The translations under genes and the position numbers were made by a program. Below the pieces are notes generated by a model that worked only from the letters and a program-made list of their open reading frames with translations, was not told the DNA's origin and did no database searches. This document shows, one piece after another, positions 13,381-28,999 of a stretch of 64,000 nt of DNA. Numbering within the stretch: position 1 is the first letter of the stretch; the number at the start of each line of letters is the position of its first letter. Source of the DNA: the human T2T-CHM13v2.0 reference genome, Homo sapiens; the NCBI RefSeq assembly GCF_009914755.1, contig NC_060929.1; one strand, 5' to 3'.

Positions 13381-13559
13381 AAGAACACAAAGGATGAGCA
13401 GTTCCCAGAAGGGTCAGCCTTCTTCGTTGCTGGGCTACCCTGCCCTTATCCACAGCTTGGCCCTGAGAGAGAGCTACAGAAAGGCAGGCTCTGTTCAGAC
13501 AAGAAGAGTTTTTAAGGGGGAAGTTTGAACAAATATTGTGTTTGGTGCTTTGCAAATAA

Positions 13560-13675
13560 CACCTCATTTTATCCACATAAATGTGCAACAGGTGATATTG
13601 TTATCCCCACTTTATAGATGGGGAATCTGAGGCTCAGAGAGGTTGAGTGACCTGCCTAAGGTCACGCAGCTATCC
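13560..13675 (-). mobile_element. MIR SINE remnant
   Basis: tatccccactttatagatggggaatctgaggctcagagaggttgagtgacctgcctaaggtcac. Confidence 0.8.
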
Positions 13676-14127
13676 AAGAAGTCTCTAACACTGTACTCTT
13701 TTTATGACATCCATTCTTTGTGTTGCACAAGAAAGAACTTGGCAAGGGGGTCAAGGAAAAGGGAAGGAGCATTTATTGATCACCTACCAGGAAAGCCAGG
13801 AGCTTTCCTGATTTAAGGGGTGCATCCTCACTTTACAGATGGGAAACGGAAGCTTCGAAGAGACAAAGGCATGGGACAAAGAGGCAGAGCTGTGACCTTT
13901 TCAACTGCACATCCCCAGCACAAAGTCCAGCACCAGGTGCGCCAGACAGGATAGTGTATGTTTGTGGAGCCAAACTTGGGGGCCAGGGTAAGTCAGATTC
14001 TTGGATCTACAGAGGGCCACAGCTGCCTTATCTGTAGTGAGATGCTCATTTTGAGAAGAATTCAAGGCTCCTGCCTGAAGTATGGTAGAGAGAAAAGGAC
14101 CATCCAGGAGCAGTTTTCCGTAAGTGT

Positions 14128-14690
<563 letters not shown>

Positions 14691-15158
14691 GTCCTAGAGG
14701 CCACCAAGTGTCCTTCAATCCCTGAAGTCTGGGACTGAGGCATAAATGGAACTGGAGGGTGGGGTGTCCCAACCTGTGCAGACACAGGCAGGGCCTGGGA
14801 TCCGAAGGTGGAAAGCTACCCGCAACACACCTGCTTTGGCTCCGTTGGTCCCAGGGTGATGGGGATTTGTTGAGAAATACACAGAGGATCATGGGGATGC
14901 TCACATATGGCAGAGTCCTGCCTGTGGGGATGGGGTTAGCTTTGAGGGACCTCTGGGGGTGGTCAATGTCCCTTCTTCTGCCCCACTCGGGCGTGCTGAG
15001 CTCTCCCTGCTGGACTCTGGCTCCCCTCATTTTATTGCTCCCCTCCCTACTCGCTGCCCTTTTCTCTCGTGGCTCCTGCCTCCTTGTGGCCCACTCATGG
15101 CTCGTCATGGCCCCCACCTCCCTCTACTCTGGAACTTCATGCCTTTGCTCCTGCTGCT

Positions 15159-15436
15159 TCCAGCTCGAGGCCTCCGCACCTCCAATTCCTCCAGCTCGAG
15201 GCCTCCGCACCTCCAATTCCTCCAGCTCGAGGCCTCCGCACCTCCAATTCCTCCAGCTCGAGGCCTCCGCACCTCCAATTCCTCCAGCTCGAGGCCTCCG
15301 CACCTCCAATTCCTCCAGCTCGAGGCCTCCGCACCTCCAATTCCTCCAGCTCGAGGCCTCCGCACCTCCAATTCCTCCAGCTCGAGGCCTCCGCACCTCC
15401 AATTCCTCCAGCTCGAGGCCTCCGCACCTCCAATTC
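15159..15436. repeat. 31-bp minisatellite (VNTR), ~9 identical copies
   Basis: Unit ccagctcgaggcctccgcacctccaattcct starts at 15160 and recurs every 31 bp up to 15408. Confidence 0.97.
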
Positions 15437-16179
15437 TGGGTCTGCAGAGCAGGATCTGCATCAATCATCCCTTTCTTGCTGGAGTCAGTCCCCATCGTGA
15501 CCTGCGTGGAAGGGATGGAGAGGAAGTTATGCCAGCACACAGCTTCTGTGTCTGACATCCCCAGTACAGCTTCCCAAAGGAAACAACACTGGGGCCCATG
15601 GCTATAGCCAGAAATCTGTCCTGCCTCCATGGGCCAAAAGCCCTATCTGGGAGTTGTCAGAAATTTCTGGCAGACAGAACATGTGAAGGCAGACAGAGAC
15701 CTTCGCAACCCTGCTGACCTCCCAGCCAAGGGCCACCCAACCCAGAGGATATCAGATACCATGGGAAGTGGCCACCCACAAGCAGGCCACCAAAGGGGAG
15801 CTCTGTCTGGCTGCCCTACACCACACCGCCCCCACTCACCTCCATCCTCACCTGCTGCCAAGTGAGGCTGGGGTGCAGTGCCCGACTCTGAGCAGCGCAG
15901 TGTTACCAGTGCTCTTGGCACAGCTTGGCTGGCATCCAGATGCCTGCCTGGAGAATAGGAGGCCAGCCCTCCTCTCCCCTGGTGTGGGCAGCAGCCTGCT
16001 GGCTGGACCCCTGCTTTCAGGGCTTCCTCTCAGATGCCCCATCCCTAGAGCCCCCAGTGATCCTCCCAATCCACACCTTGTCATTCTCCCACCTGACCCT
16101 TCTAGTAACTGCCTGGGAGCCCACAGACTCACAGCCATGTCATAGGGGCATGACAGCCAAAGCCCCCTGGGACCTGGCC

Positions 16180-16620
16180 TGCCTGGCTCTCCGGCTTCCT
16201 ACCTGTACATGCCCTGCCTCCCATATGACATGCCAGCAACACTGACCTGCTTAGCTTCTTGTACACCCATGCCATTCTAGCCTCAAGCCTTTATTTTTGT
16301 TGTGCCTTCTGCCTACTCCTCAGACACCTAGAATGGCCTTTCCACTTCCCTGTCCCTGCATCCACCAACCCTTGCTTCTCTGTAAGACTTGGCATTGGTA
16401 CCCCCTATGGAAGGGGGGTCCTGTCATCCTCCAGGAAGCCTCCAAGGCCTTTCATGGTGCTTCCCTATCATCCCCCACTGTGCTGTCTGCTGCGTCACCG
16501 TCTTCTAGGGATGCCCATCTCCCCAGCTGCTCCTGGAGAGCAGGGGCTCTGTCTGCATCATCTGATTCCCTGGTGCCCAGGGCAGGGTGCAGAGCACAAT
16601 TGGGTCCTAAGGTATTTTAA
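16180..16620 (+). mobile_element. L2 LINE 3' remnant
   Basis: ctccaggaagcctcc...ctcctggagagcaggggctctgtctg...tggtgcccagggc. Confidence 0.55.
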
Positions 16621-16978
16621 CCCTAATCTTCTGCAAGGGGACAGCAAACACATCATCTGCCTGGATGCGGGGTTTGGAGGGATTTTCTTTTAGGCACGGA
16701 AGTGGTGAGACACTTCCTTTGCCAAGCTCTCACTGGGTTGCCTTGAAGCCTGGGAATTTGTCTCAGGCCCTCTTGGAAGGTCTATGTAGTTTTGGGGGGT
16801 TTCTATTTTGGTAGTGATAGGATAAATAGATTCAAGGTTTAGAGATGCAGCCGTTCCGAAGAGGCCACAAGATAGCTAAACCTGGAGATTTGCATGCTGA
16901 GGCCATGCCCATAAGATCCAGGCTTGCTGATGAGGTCAGAGAAACCCAGTGCAGCCTCAGAAAGGGTGCTCAGAGTAG

Positions 16979-17687
<709 letters not shown>

Positions 17688-19094
17688 TAGAGGTTGCTGG
17701 AAACCAAGGAAATAAAAGATTGACCTCTCTCCTCCCTCCTTCCCTCCAGCCTCCAGCACTGCCCACTGGGCAACCCGACTGGAAGCTAAAAGGGAGAACA
17801 GTGTGGCATTGAGCAGGGTGGGGAGGGACAGGGGGTCTGGAGACACAAAGACAAGACATCCAAGCCAGACGGTCTTTAGTGGCTGGGGAAGGGAAAGGCT
17901 GGGACACTCAGACTGTCATTTTTGCTTGGCACAAGTGATGAAGGACAAACAAACACAACAAAACAGTTTTTGATAATAATAATTTTTTTATAAGAATGTA
18001 TTCCCTTCTTAAAAAAGGAAGAGTAGCCAAGTCCAAGGACATGCCTCGGAAAGTTCTGGAAGATTATACCATGTGTCAGGCAGCTGATAGGAACCCAAAG
18101 GGGGGTTTTTGGAGCAAGCACAAGCCACCTACCTAGCACCAAAGAAATCCATTAACTGATGAGATGCTGCCTAATTTCCTTTCACTGACATATCCCAAGC
18201 TAAGGTCCCAACCTCCAGATTTGCAAAACGAAATGAAAATGATTAATGCAATCTACTGCAATTGTTTTCAAGCTTAATATTCTGCCTAGAACCCATTCAG
18301 GGAAATGTACTATAATTGCATTTTAAATCACGAAGTGAAAGAAAGGGGCTGGGGCCAGACAGCCGGAGTGTGGGAGGAGAAGCTCCATCCCGGCGACCAA
18401 CTAGAGGCCGAGAAGGAGACCTGAGGGTGCAAGGGCTTTGGGGGAGATTTTCAACAAATGAGGTTAATGAAGGTAGGTGGGAGAGGGAGCCTGGGGAAGG
18501 GTCTCACCCTAGAAGCCCTTGTAAGCCCTTCCAAAGGAACTGGAGGGACTGGGGAGAAACAGAGACTTTCTTACCCGGCATGCAATAGGAACTTAAACCC
18601 AGTTCCAATGAGCAAATGAAATTAGGCAACAAAACTGATCAAATTTTTATTTCTCAAAATGTATTGTTCAAACTACTAGTCCCATGAGATGCCTTTGGAA
18701 AAGAGGGTTTCGTGGTCAAATATCTTGGGGAAGAACCACATGTAAGGCACAGAGCTCATTAAGCCATTGAAGGTGCTGAGTGAAAATACATTGAACCAGA
18801 CACCACAGTGTCCACATATAGAACCAGGGCCCTTGGCATGGATGGCTACTAACATCCAGCGGCATCGCTCTGAGCAGAACTTCTGGGTGGTGCTCTCGGA
18901 TTAAACTAGTGAGGAGGAGGCTCCCTGCGGAGGAGAGAGGACCAGGGCTGGGGTTGTTTTTTCCCCATGACCAGACACCAATAAAATGTATCTTTTTGTT
19001 TTCTTGGAAGGGTGAGATGGTCACAGGTGGCCCAAATAAGGCTATGTCCAACTCTCCCTCTTCATCTGCCAGGGACAAGTCCAAGATACTTGAA

Positions 19095-19230
19095 GTTCAT
19101 TCATTCATTCAGCAAACATTTGCTGAGCACCTACTGTGTGCCAGGAACTGTTCTAGGCACCGAGTGCAACAAGGCACAGGACAAAAAAAATCGCAGCCAC
19201 GGAGGAGCTTACATTCCAGAAGAGTGCCAT
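19095..19230 (-). mobile_element. L2 3' end
   Basis: ttcattcattcattcagcaaacatttgctgagcacctactgtgtgccagg. Confidence 0.8.
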
Positions 19231-19364
19231 GTCCCCTCCTTCTCCCACAGCCCGGGAGTGTTCTGTGACACCCCTAAACCCATCCTGCCGCCATTGCTGA
19301 TTGGGCCGGGGAGGGACACCTGATCCAGGGAGACCCAATCCAGACACTGGGTCAGGCCAATTCA

Positions 19365-19600
19365 TTTCAGAGCTCAGACCTTGGAGCCCAGCAACCTGGG
19401 TTCAAACCCCAACTTCCTTACCCATTAACTAGGTGATCCTGGGCAAGTTAACCCCTCCTAGCTTCTGTGTCCTTGTTTATTATCTTCATAAGTAAGGATG
19501 ACAATACAACTTGCCTTGTGAGGTTATTTTGAGAATTACATGAGAAAACTCACATAAAGACCTTGGACCAGTGGCTGGCACATCACTGGGGCTCCACAAG
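19365..19600 (+). mobile_element. MIR SINE remnant
   Basis: ggagcccagcaacctgggttcaaaccc...tgatcctgggcaagttaacc. Confidence 0.75.
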
Positions 19601-21222
19601 TTTGCTGTCGGGTCGTGATGGTCATTCTTGCTCCCACAGAGGAAGAGACTAGATTAGTTGGCTGGGCCTGGGGGACCTGTAAGGTTTGGGAAGGAAGACT
19701 GCCATTTGAGGACAGCCATTTGGGGACCCTCATGAGCAAACAGAGGGAGCTGATCTCCAAAGCAAATCAGAAAAAATGGTGATGACGGAAGAGAGGTGGG
19801 CCAAGGAGGGACAGAGTGAGCATCCCCTTTGCGTCTGACAGTTTGCTTCTTGCTTTGTGTCTGATGGTTCTTCCTCTTGAGGCTTGGTGGTTCCCCTTGG
19901 GTTCCATGACCTTTCCCAGTCTCCCACTAATTTCAGTTATTTTGACTGGGTTTTCTGTTCCTTAGAGGCAAGTAGCTCCTGACCAAGTCAAGGTGTCCCG
20001 AAAACCCTGCTCAAGAGTGTGACCTAATCAGGAAAAAGAAATTTGTTTACAGCGAGCCCAAGCTGGAGAACAAACAGGCTTCCTCTGCCAGGGCTTCCCC
20101 TCACTACGTGGGGCTCGGCATCGCACCTCCCACCTCCTGGAGGAGGAAAAGGAAGGAGGCATTTGGAAAGTAGGAGAAAGGCCAACAAGTGGGACCCAGA
20201 AGCTCTCCCCACCCAACACTGCCAGGACAGAGGGAAGACGTCCAAAGCTCATTAGCAAGTCCCAAGAGCCATTTCCTGTGATTCTTCAAGGCTGACTGGG
20301 TCACTCAGAGGAGCAGAAGACATCTGCTGTTTCTTCCCCTGCTGCAGATAGAGTCCCTGTCCAGCTAAGAAGGATAGGCCTGGAAACATTCCAGAAAAGC
20401 CCTCCCTCTGTTCCCTCTTCCTGGAAGGAGAGCCAGGGACACTGTGCTCTCCACAGTCCCCCTGAATGACATTTCCACTCTGCTGGGAGGCCTGGGCAGT
20501 GCTGAGATTAGAGAAGGTGGGAGGGCAGGCAGGCCCCCGGGGCAGAAGTTGAGCATGTGGGATTGCTGGGGGAGAAGGCAGCAAGAGGGGCTGGAGGTGG
20601 GGAGTTGACAGGCAAGCCCCAAAATGGCTTGAAATAGATGGTGGCCTTGAATGCTGTGTCGAGGAATGGGGGAGCCGCCAAAGGTCTTTAGGAGGGCATG
20701 GCACGGTCTAACCTGAGTTTTAGGTAGATTGCTTTGGAAGCAGCACAAAGATCTGATCAATGACAAGGTGTGGCTTGGTCACAAAGAATAAGAAGCTGGG
20801 TATGCGGCCGAGGGCATGGCATCATCACACAGGGACCCTGACAAAGTTGATGGGGATAGAGCTGTTGACCTAGAGTCCTTCAGGTCCTTCCCTGCTTCCC
20901 CCATGGCAGCCTCAGAGCTGAGGGCTGGGCCTGTGCGTGAAGCCCAGCTGTGCTTCCAGTCTCGCTAGGGAGCTCCTTCATGACAGGCAGCTTTGGGCTA
21001 GAGTGAGATCCGTGGGGAGACAGGACAGAGACAAGACAATGTCACATACTGCAGGCATATTTATTCACTCAACAAACACTCACTACACATCTGCGCCGAG
21101 TCCTGAGCAGACACTTCCAGCCCTCCAGGGAGCACTCTTGATCGGGGCACTCTCCTCTTCCTCCTCCTCTTTTTCTTTTTTAAACCCTTGGCCCTTTCTA
21201 GTACATAAGTAAGGCTTGCTCT

Positions 21223-21678
21223 TTATATTAATTTCCTGTGGCTGCCACAACAAATTATAAAAGCTGGGTGGCCTAGAGCAGGAATTAATTCTCTCGCCAT
21301 TCTAGAGAACCGGGAAGTGTGAAATCAAGGAGTCGGCAGGGCTGTGCTCCTTCTGAAAGCCCCAGGAGAGAATCCTTCCTCCCCGCCCTCTTAGCTGTTA
21401 GTGTTGCTGACAAACCTTGGCATCCTTGGCTTGGTGACACATTGCTCCAATCTCTGCCTCCATGGTCACACAGCGTTCTCCCTGTGTGTCCCTGTGTCTC
21501 TCCTCTTCTTACAAGGAGACCAGTCATATTGGATTATGGCCCACCCTAATCAAGTATGATTCCCATCTTAATGTGATTACATGGGAAAAGATGACAATTT
21601 CCTAGTGGGATCACACTCACACGTATCAGAGGTTAGGACTTCCACCTGGCTTTTGAGCACACAATTCTACCCACAACA
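21223..21678 (-). mobile_element. MaLR solo LTR (MLT1C-type)
   Basis: tattaatttcctgtggctgccacaacaaatt...aaggagaccagtcatattggatt...cacaattctacccacaaca. Confidence 0.85.
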
Positions 21679-23054
21679 ACTTGGGTAGGAGATCATAGGG
21701 AATTTGTAGGCAAAAACAGAGATAAACAAAAGAAAAAAGAGATAAAAATAAAATTGTTAAAAAGTTGCATTACCCAGAGATAACAACTCTAACCTTTTGG
21801 GATGTCTCCTAAATGTTATTCCCTCTCTACAAAAATATGTCATTATTTATGCAAAAATTCAGTCATCCTGTGCACACCATTGGGACCTGCTTATTTCACC
21901 CGATGAAATACAGTGTATGTTCTCATTGTTTTTCAAGCCTGGATTAGATCTTCCCTATTAAAATTGAGATGCACTACCTATGTGTCCTTCTTGATGCAGA
22001 AAATACGACTGATATCGTCTTAGCCTTGCTCACTTCCTTTCTTGTTAATGTCAATCTCATCACTTCCCTATAGGTCAATATTTTGGTCCTGCTTTACAGG
22101 TGAAGATATAGATTCAGAGGGGTTAAGTACCTTGTCCCAGGTCACGAAGCCAATAAACATCACACTGGAGATCTGCACCCAGGGCCGTCAAAGGATAGAG
22201 TTGCTTCTTTGTGTTATTACTTGAAACCACCTCCTTCGATGGAGCTGCTTCTTGGGTATTATTCTATCAGGGATGCTATTAAGATTCACCTTGCAGGTCT
22301 TGATGGATGTGAATGAAGGAGAATTTGCAGGTGAAAAGGCAGGTGGAGGAGGTGTCATGCAAGGGCACAAAAGTAGGAACCAGCTCGCCCTGAGAAGGAA
22401 AACGTGAGCTGTTTGCTATAGCAAACAGTGAGGCAGGGCGAGGCGGGAGGTGTCAGCTGGGTCCTGCGAGGAATCTGGGCGTTATCCAGACAGCGATTGG
22501 AGCCCCTGGCACTGTCAGCACGGAGAAAGCTTGCGTTTTGGAGAGTTCATTCCGGCTGCAGGGTGGAGGATGGCTGGGAGAGGTTGACCAGGGCAGAGAG
22601 ATTGGGGAGCCAGGGGGCGAGTAAGGGTGGGGGCTGGGGATGGGGTGGGGTGCGGCTTGACCAGTTGTATGAGGAAGAGCGAGGCTGGGGAAGGCGGAGT
22701 AAGATCTGAGGTCCAGCAGCTGCTCTCTGGTCTCCAGAGGAAGCTGAGGTGTGGGCCTTGCCCTGGGTGGCTCCACTTCAGCCCTGCTGGCCAGATCGAC
22801 CGCCCTCGTTCTCTTTCTTAGCAGGAGACCTCCTAGTTGGCATCAAGCTAAGCCTCAGGCCTCACTGGTTGGAAGCCCTGGCTCCACACCACAGAAGGCA
22901 CAGAGAGAAGTGGTGTGGCAGATGTACTGGGAACATGGGATTAAACACTTAGGGAGTGACGGAAAGCTGCCCTCTGGAGGGTGCGGGATGGGGCCCAGGC
23001 CCTGCCTCCTGCGCAGGAAGGCTGGGTGGTGGGGGCTGGAGGAAACAAGTCCCC

Positions 23055-23186
23055 TCTGGGGAGTGGAAGCAGGCTCACCCGTCTGTTTCTGGGGAGTGAA
23101 AGCAGGCTCACCCGTCTGTTTCTGGGGAGTGGAAGCAGGCTCACCCCTCTGTTTCTGGGGAGTGGAAGCAGGCTCACCCCTCTCTT
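23055..23186. repeat. 33-bp minisatellite, 4 copies
   Basis: Unit tctggggagtggaagcaggctcacccgtctgtt at 23055, 23088, 23121, 23154 with 1-2 substitutions. Confidence 0.95.
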
Positions 23187-24065
23187 TGCCCCCCCGGCAA
23201 CACACACACAGTGGACCTAGCCCACACTTCCATCATCCGTCCTCGGGCAAAAAGATGTGCTTGTTTCCTCCAGCCCTCGCCACCCAGCCTTCCTGAGCAG
23301 GAGGCGGGGCCTGGACCCCATCTCCCACCCTCTGGAGGCAGCTTGATGCACACATCAGTGGTGCAGTCCACTCTCAGGAGGTGGAACTCGGTCCTCTGTG
23401 CGGGCCCTGGAAGTTTGGGCAGAGAATTCTGGGCTCCTGAGTGTCTGGAGGAAAGTCAGAAGTGGGGAGAAGGAGGGTTCTGGGCTCTGGGTCTCTGGCT
23501 TGGACAGCTGAATAGACTTAGGTGCTGCTCCCCGGTTTTGGAATCCCAGAAAAGGGAAGAGGCAGCTGGGATAGGGGTGATGATGAATTTAGAGCGAGCA
23601 GGTTGCCCTGAGGGGCTTGTGGTCGAGGAGGCTGAGTGGGGGAGCTCACCAGTCCAGGCTTAGCTACAGACCGAGGAGGGCCTCAGCTGCTGACCCCCAA
23701 CACCCCAGAGAGATGAAGGATTCCTTCCAAACTCCTGGGCCAGTTGTTCCTCCCTCCCAGGTGCCAACTATAGTTACGGAGCTCGAATCATGGGGGATGG
23801 TCAGCCCTGTCTCCTCTGGTCCCTCCCTTCCCTGGCCTGCTCTATGGAAGGTCTCTGGGGTTCTGAGCCTTCCAAGAAGAGGAAAAGACAAGATGTCTCA
23901 ACTCTAAGGTCAGAGCACTTTTCTAAGGAGTATCTGGATGTGGAAGAGTAGGCAAAGACATGAAAATATTAAACCTGGATAGGCCAAAGCATAAAGAGCT
24001 CTGGAATAGATGGGAAGGAAGCTGCCACTGATGGACTGACTGACTGATTGACTGATTGATTGATC

Positions 24066-24212
24066 GATTGTAGTAAAATGCATATAACATAAAAATTGCC
24101 CTCTCAACTGTGTTAAAGTGTACAGTTCAGTGGCATTAAAGACATGCACAATGTCATACAATGCCTACTATCCAGTTCCAGAACTTTTCATCACCCCAAG
24201 TGGAAACCCCAT
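24066..24212 (-). mobile_element. L1M (L1MB-like) 3' end
   Basis: attgtagtaaaatgcatataacataaaa...aagtgtacagttcagtggcatta...ttccagaacttttcatcacccca; preceded by a degenerate (gact/gatt)n tail. Confidence 0.8.
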
Positions 24213-24254
24213 GAGCTACCATTGATTCGGGAGAAACTATGCACTGTGCTGCAT

Positions 24255-24420
24255 TCTTCACTCCCATTAGCTCAGCTAACCCTCCTCATAGCTTTGAGAG
24301 GAGTCTGTTTCGCAGATGAGGAGAATGAAGCTCAGGAAAGAACAATAAGTTGCTCAAAGCCATACAGGTGGTACATGCCCAAGACAGGATTTGTGTCCAG
24401 GTTTGTCCAACTCCAGAGCC
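24255..24420 (-). mobile_element. MIR SINE remnant
   Basis: cagatgaggagaatgaagctcag...ggatttgtgtccaggtttgtccaactccagagccc. Confidence 0.65.
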
Positions 24421-25185
24421 CATTATGTCTGATGGGGGCAGTTGGAGGATGCTGAGACTGGGGTAAAACCCACCCAGCTGCTGCTGCTGTCCACTGGGGT
24501 ACAGCTGGGTTGATCTCTACCCACACCCCAGAAGATGGTAGAGGACCTAGCAAGGCATTCTGCTATGCAGAGGAACTGTCTAGATGAACCAGGGACTCAG
24601 GCTGGAGATGGGGCTTAGCTGGGGGAGCAAGGGAGTGGGGCACAGTGCCAGGGCTTGTGACCTATTGAGGGCAATCCCAGTTAGGGGCTGGCAGTAGGGA
24701 CCAGGGTCCTATCCCTAGGGAAGAGCGCTGATCCCAGCCGTGCAGTGGACAGCCGGCGTCAGAGAGGTCCTCCATGCCAGGCAAGGGGCTGCCAGGAGCA
24801 CCAGCTGGAGGTGGGGCCTGACTCCAGATCCCAAACCCTTCCCAGCAGGGGTCTGAGTCCAAGCAGGAAGTGCTCGTGGCCCTCAAATCTGTGTCTCCCG
24901 TGGACTCCGAAAAACTCAAGATTTCATTGGTGTGAAGGCCTCAGATGCACCCGTGCAGCAGGAAGTCAGAAAAGCTTTCACCTTTTCTCTTCTCTTTCTT
25001 CTACGTGTGTGCATGCAAATACACTCAGATGTAAAAATGGAATCTTATTATACATCCAGTTTTGCCACCTGTCTTTTTTTTTCTACTCAAAAATGTCACG
25101 GGAATCTTCCCAAGCTATTTAGACATCATGCGGTTTAAAGGCGACACAGCAGTCCATTGCACGGCTGCCTCCTAGTTTATCTGAC

Positions 25186-25360
25186 CCAAGGTTCTTACTT
25201 GGCAGCATCTGGAGACATTTTTGATTGTCACAACTTGAGGGGCGGGGTGCTACTGGCATCTAGTGGGTAGAGGTCAGAGATGTTGCTAAACATCCTACAA
25301 TTGACAGGACAGCTCCCTCTAATGAAGAATTACCTGGTCCCAAATGTCAATGGTGCTGAT
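25186..25360. mobile_element. MER20 (hAT MITE)
   Basis: ctggagacatttttgattgtcacaact...gtgctactggcatctagtgggtagaggtcagagatgttgctaaacatcctacaat. Confidence 0.9.
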
Positions 25361-25453
25361 CTAACCAATGTCCCACTAATTAGCATTTAGACCTTATCCA
25401 GTAGCCAAATGGTTTGATTATTACAATGTCGCCATTAACATCTTTTTGACACA

Positions 25454-26084
25454 CAGTCCATCCTCATTTTTCGTAGATTCCTTTTGGCAAATGTGCCTAC
25501 TTGCTTAAATTTATTTGTAACCCCAAAAGCAATATTTGCTGCACTTTGACAGTCGTTCTCAGATACGCACAGAGCAGTCAAAAGCTTGCCTCACCCAATG
25601 GGCACTTCCCAGACGAGGTGGAGCGAGGCCAGGCTCTGCCTTCCTGTGTCAGCTCTCGCACTGGAAATTAGCGTCCTTTTGCAGTGTATTTAGTGCCACC
25701 ATTTTTTGTGCTTTTTGTTGGTGATGTCACTGTTAAAATGGCCCCAAGCACAGAGCTGACGTGCTGTCTAGTGACCCTAGGCACAAGAAGGCTGCGATGA
25801 GCCTTATGGAGGAAAGACATGTTAGAGAAGCTTCATTCAGGTTTGAGTGATGGCCATGAGTTCAACGTGAATGAATCTGCAATATACACTAAATAAGGTG
25901 TCTTTGAACAGAAACACACATACAACGAGGTGGTGTATTGATCACTCGACAAGTGTGTTGTGACCAGAGGCTGAAAGGACCCTAACCCTGTATTTCCCCT
26001 GGGAGCAGTGCCTTGATGTTTGCTAATTCGGTGTTCCCAGCAACTTTAAAGAACATGACTGGCACAAACAATGAGAACTGATGG
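25454..26084. mobile_element. MER82 (TcMar-Tigger MITE), near full length
   Basis: cagtccatcctcatt...aaatttatttgtaaccccaaaa...cacaagaaggctgcgatgagccttatgga...aatgagaactgatgg; degenerate terminal inverted repeats. Confidence 0.85.
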
Positions 26085-26284
26085 TACACCATGATTGTTT
26101 TACATGTTGTATACCCTGGAAGTGTGGTGGCTGCCTCACACGGTGAGGTCCTTTTGAGTATTGATACTTAGGATCAAACTAACATGCAGCAACAATGCTC
26201 TCACCAATGGGATATGAGAGTCTCAGTTCCCTGCACTCTTCCCAGCATGAAGTAGGGTTGATTTTTTGCATCTTTTTCAGCTAT

Positions 26285-27680
<1,396 letters not shown>

Positions 27681-27829
27681 ATTTAGTCAGTGCTGCATTG
27701 CTTGACATCTAGTAGCATCTAGTCTTTCACTATTATAGTTAGTGCTGCCATGGATATTCTTATGCATGAATCTCTGTGTATTCATCCAATTATTTCCAAA
27801 AGTAGAACTGACTGGGTCTAATTCTGAAG

Positions 27830-28050
27830 CAGTTGCCAACAATTAAAAGTCATATTCTCACGGAAATCTGATTTCTGACTATGGTTGACAGGTGGAGCAA
27901 TCTGGCAGCCCAAGCCCATCCCTGCGAGATAATGACCTGGACGCAGGGTCTGCTCCCTCTAGAAGCTGGTCTCTTGGGAGTCTCACTTGGCTCTTTCTCC
28001 CATTTGCAAGACCTGCCTGGCTTTTATAGATTCTGAGTGTGCAAACCCTG
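27830..28050. mobile_element. MER102-like hAT MITE
   Basis: agttgccaacaattaaaa...cacggaaatctgatttctgact...aatctggcagccc. Confidence 0.6.
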
Positions 28051-28554
28051 GCATTTGTCGATTTGATGGGTTTAAAATGACATCTGATTGAAGTTGTAAT
28101 TTTTATTTACTAAATGATCGGTGCAATTGAGCCTGTGCAGCTGAGGAACGTCTTCTGGCTTTTATTAGTCATTGATGTGTCTTGTTTTGTGACTTGCCTG
28201 TTCACGGTCTTTGCTCTAATTTTCTATTGGGTTGTCTGTAAGAGCTCTTTATCCTTTTAAAGTTAAAAGAAGAAATAAAAAAGCATCTCTACTTTAAATT
28301 AGCCTGGTTTGGGCAGCAGACAAGATATAGGCTGTCTCATGCACACCTAGAAGACTTCTGAAGTTGCCTGAGTCCAGGTTGGAGGGGCAAGAGATGACAG
28401 GTGGGCAGCCTGGCACTCTATTAACCATACCTGGATGCAGCTTGGGCTAGAAAGGACATACAGACTGAAAACAGGATCTTGAAATAATACTATTTTAGGT
28501 CAGCCTATCCCTTGATATGCACACAACTTTACATCCCATGGAACGTTCTGTAGG

Positions 28555-28660
28555 CAAAGAGCAATGGACCGGGAGTCAATTAGACCTGGAGTTCAGTCCC
28601 AGCTCTGCTACCTCCTAGCTGTGAGATGTTGGGTGAATCACTTCACCTCTCTGAGCTTTT
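28555..28660 (+). mobile_element. MIR SINE remnant
   Basis: agacctggagttcagtcccagctctgctacctcctagctgtgagatgttgggtgaatcacttcacctctctgagc. Confidence 0.8.
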
Positions 28661-28999
28661 TTTTTGTCCTCCCTCACGCTGTCTTATGGTCTTCCTAAAG
28701 CCAGCAGGTTCTTGCAACCATGGTCTCAAAAGAAGAAAGCCAAAAAAAAAAAATCTTGAACTGGAAGAAATAAGTTCTGGGATCTAGTCCCAACTCTGAT
28801 GCTTACTGTTTCTGGTTCTTAGTTTTCCCATGTGTAAATGAGGGGCTTGGGCGCTACAAGCCCTGAGGATGCAGCCATCTCTGGCATTCTAAGATGAAAA
28901 ACTGCCTTCTACTGTCTTATCTTGAATTCCTGGTTGGGCCAGCTCAGCTCAGTAGATTTCAGCTTGATTGAAATAATAGCCATGTCCTGAGCTTCTTCA

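Noticed and set aside
15159-15436. CRISPR-like array of 31-bp repeats, and six overlapping ORFs of 98-282 aa
   Set aside because: Repeats are head-to-tail with no spacers, there are no cas genes and the context is primate. The ORFs stay open only because the unit has no stop codon.
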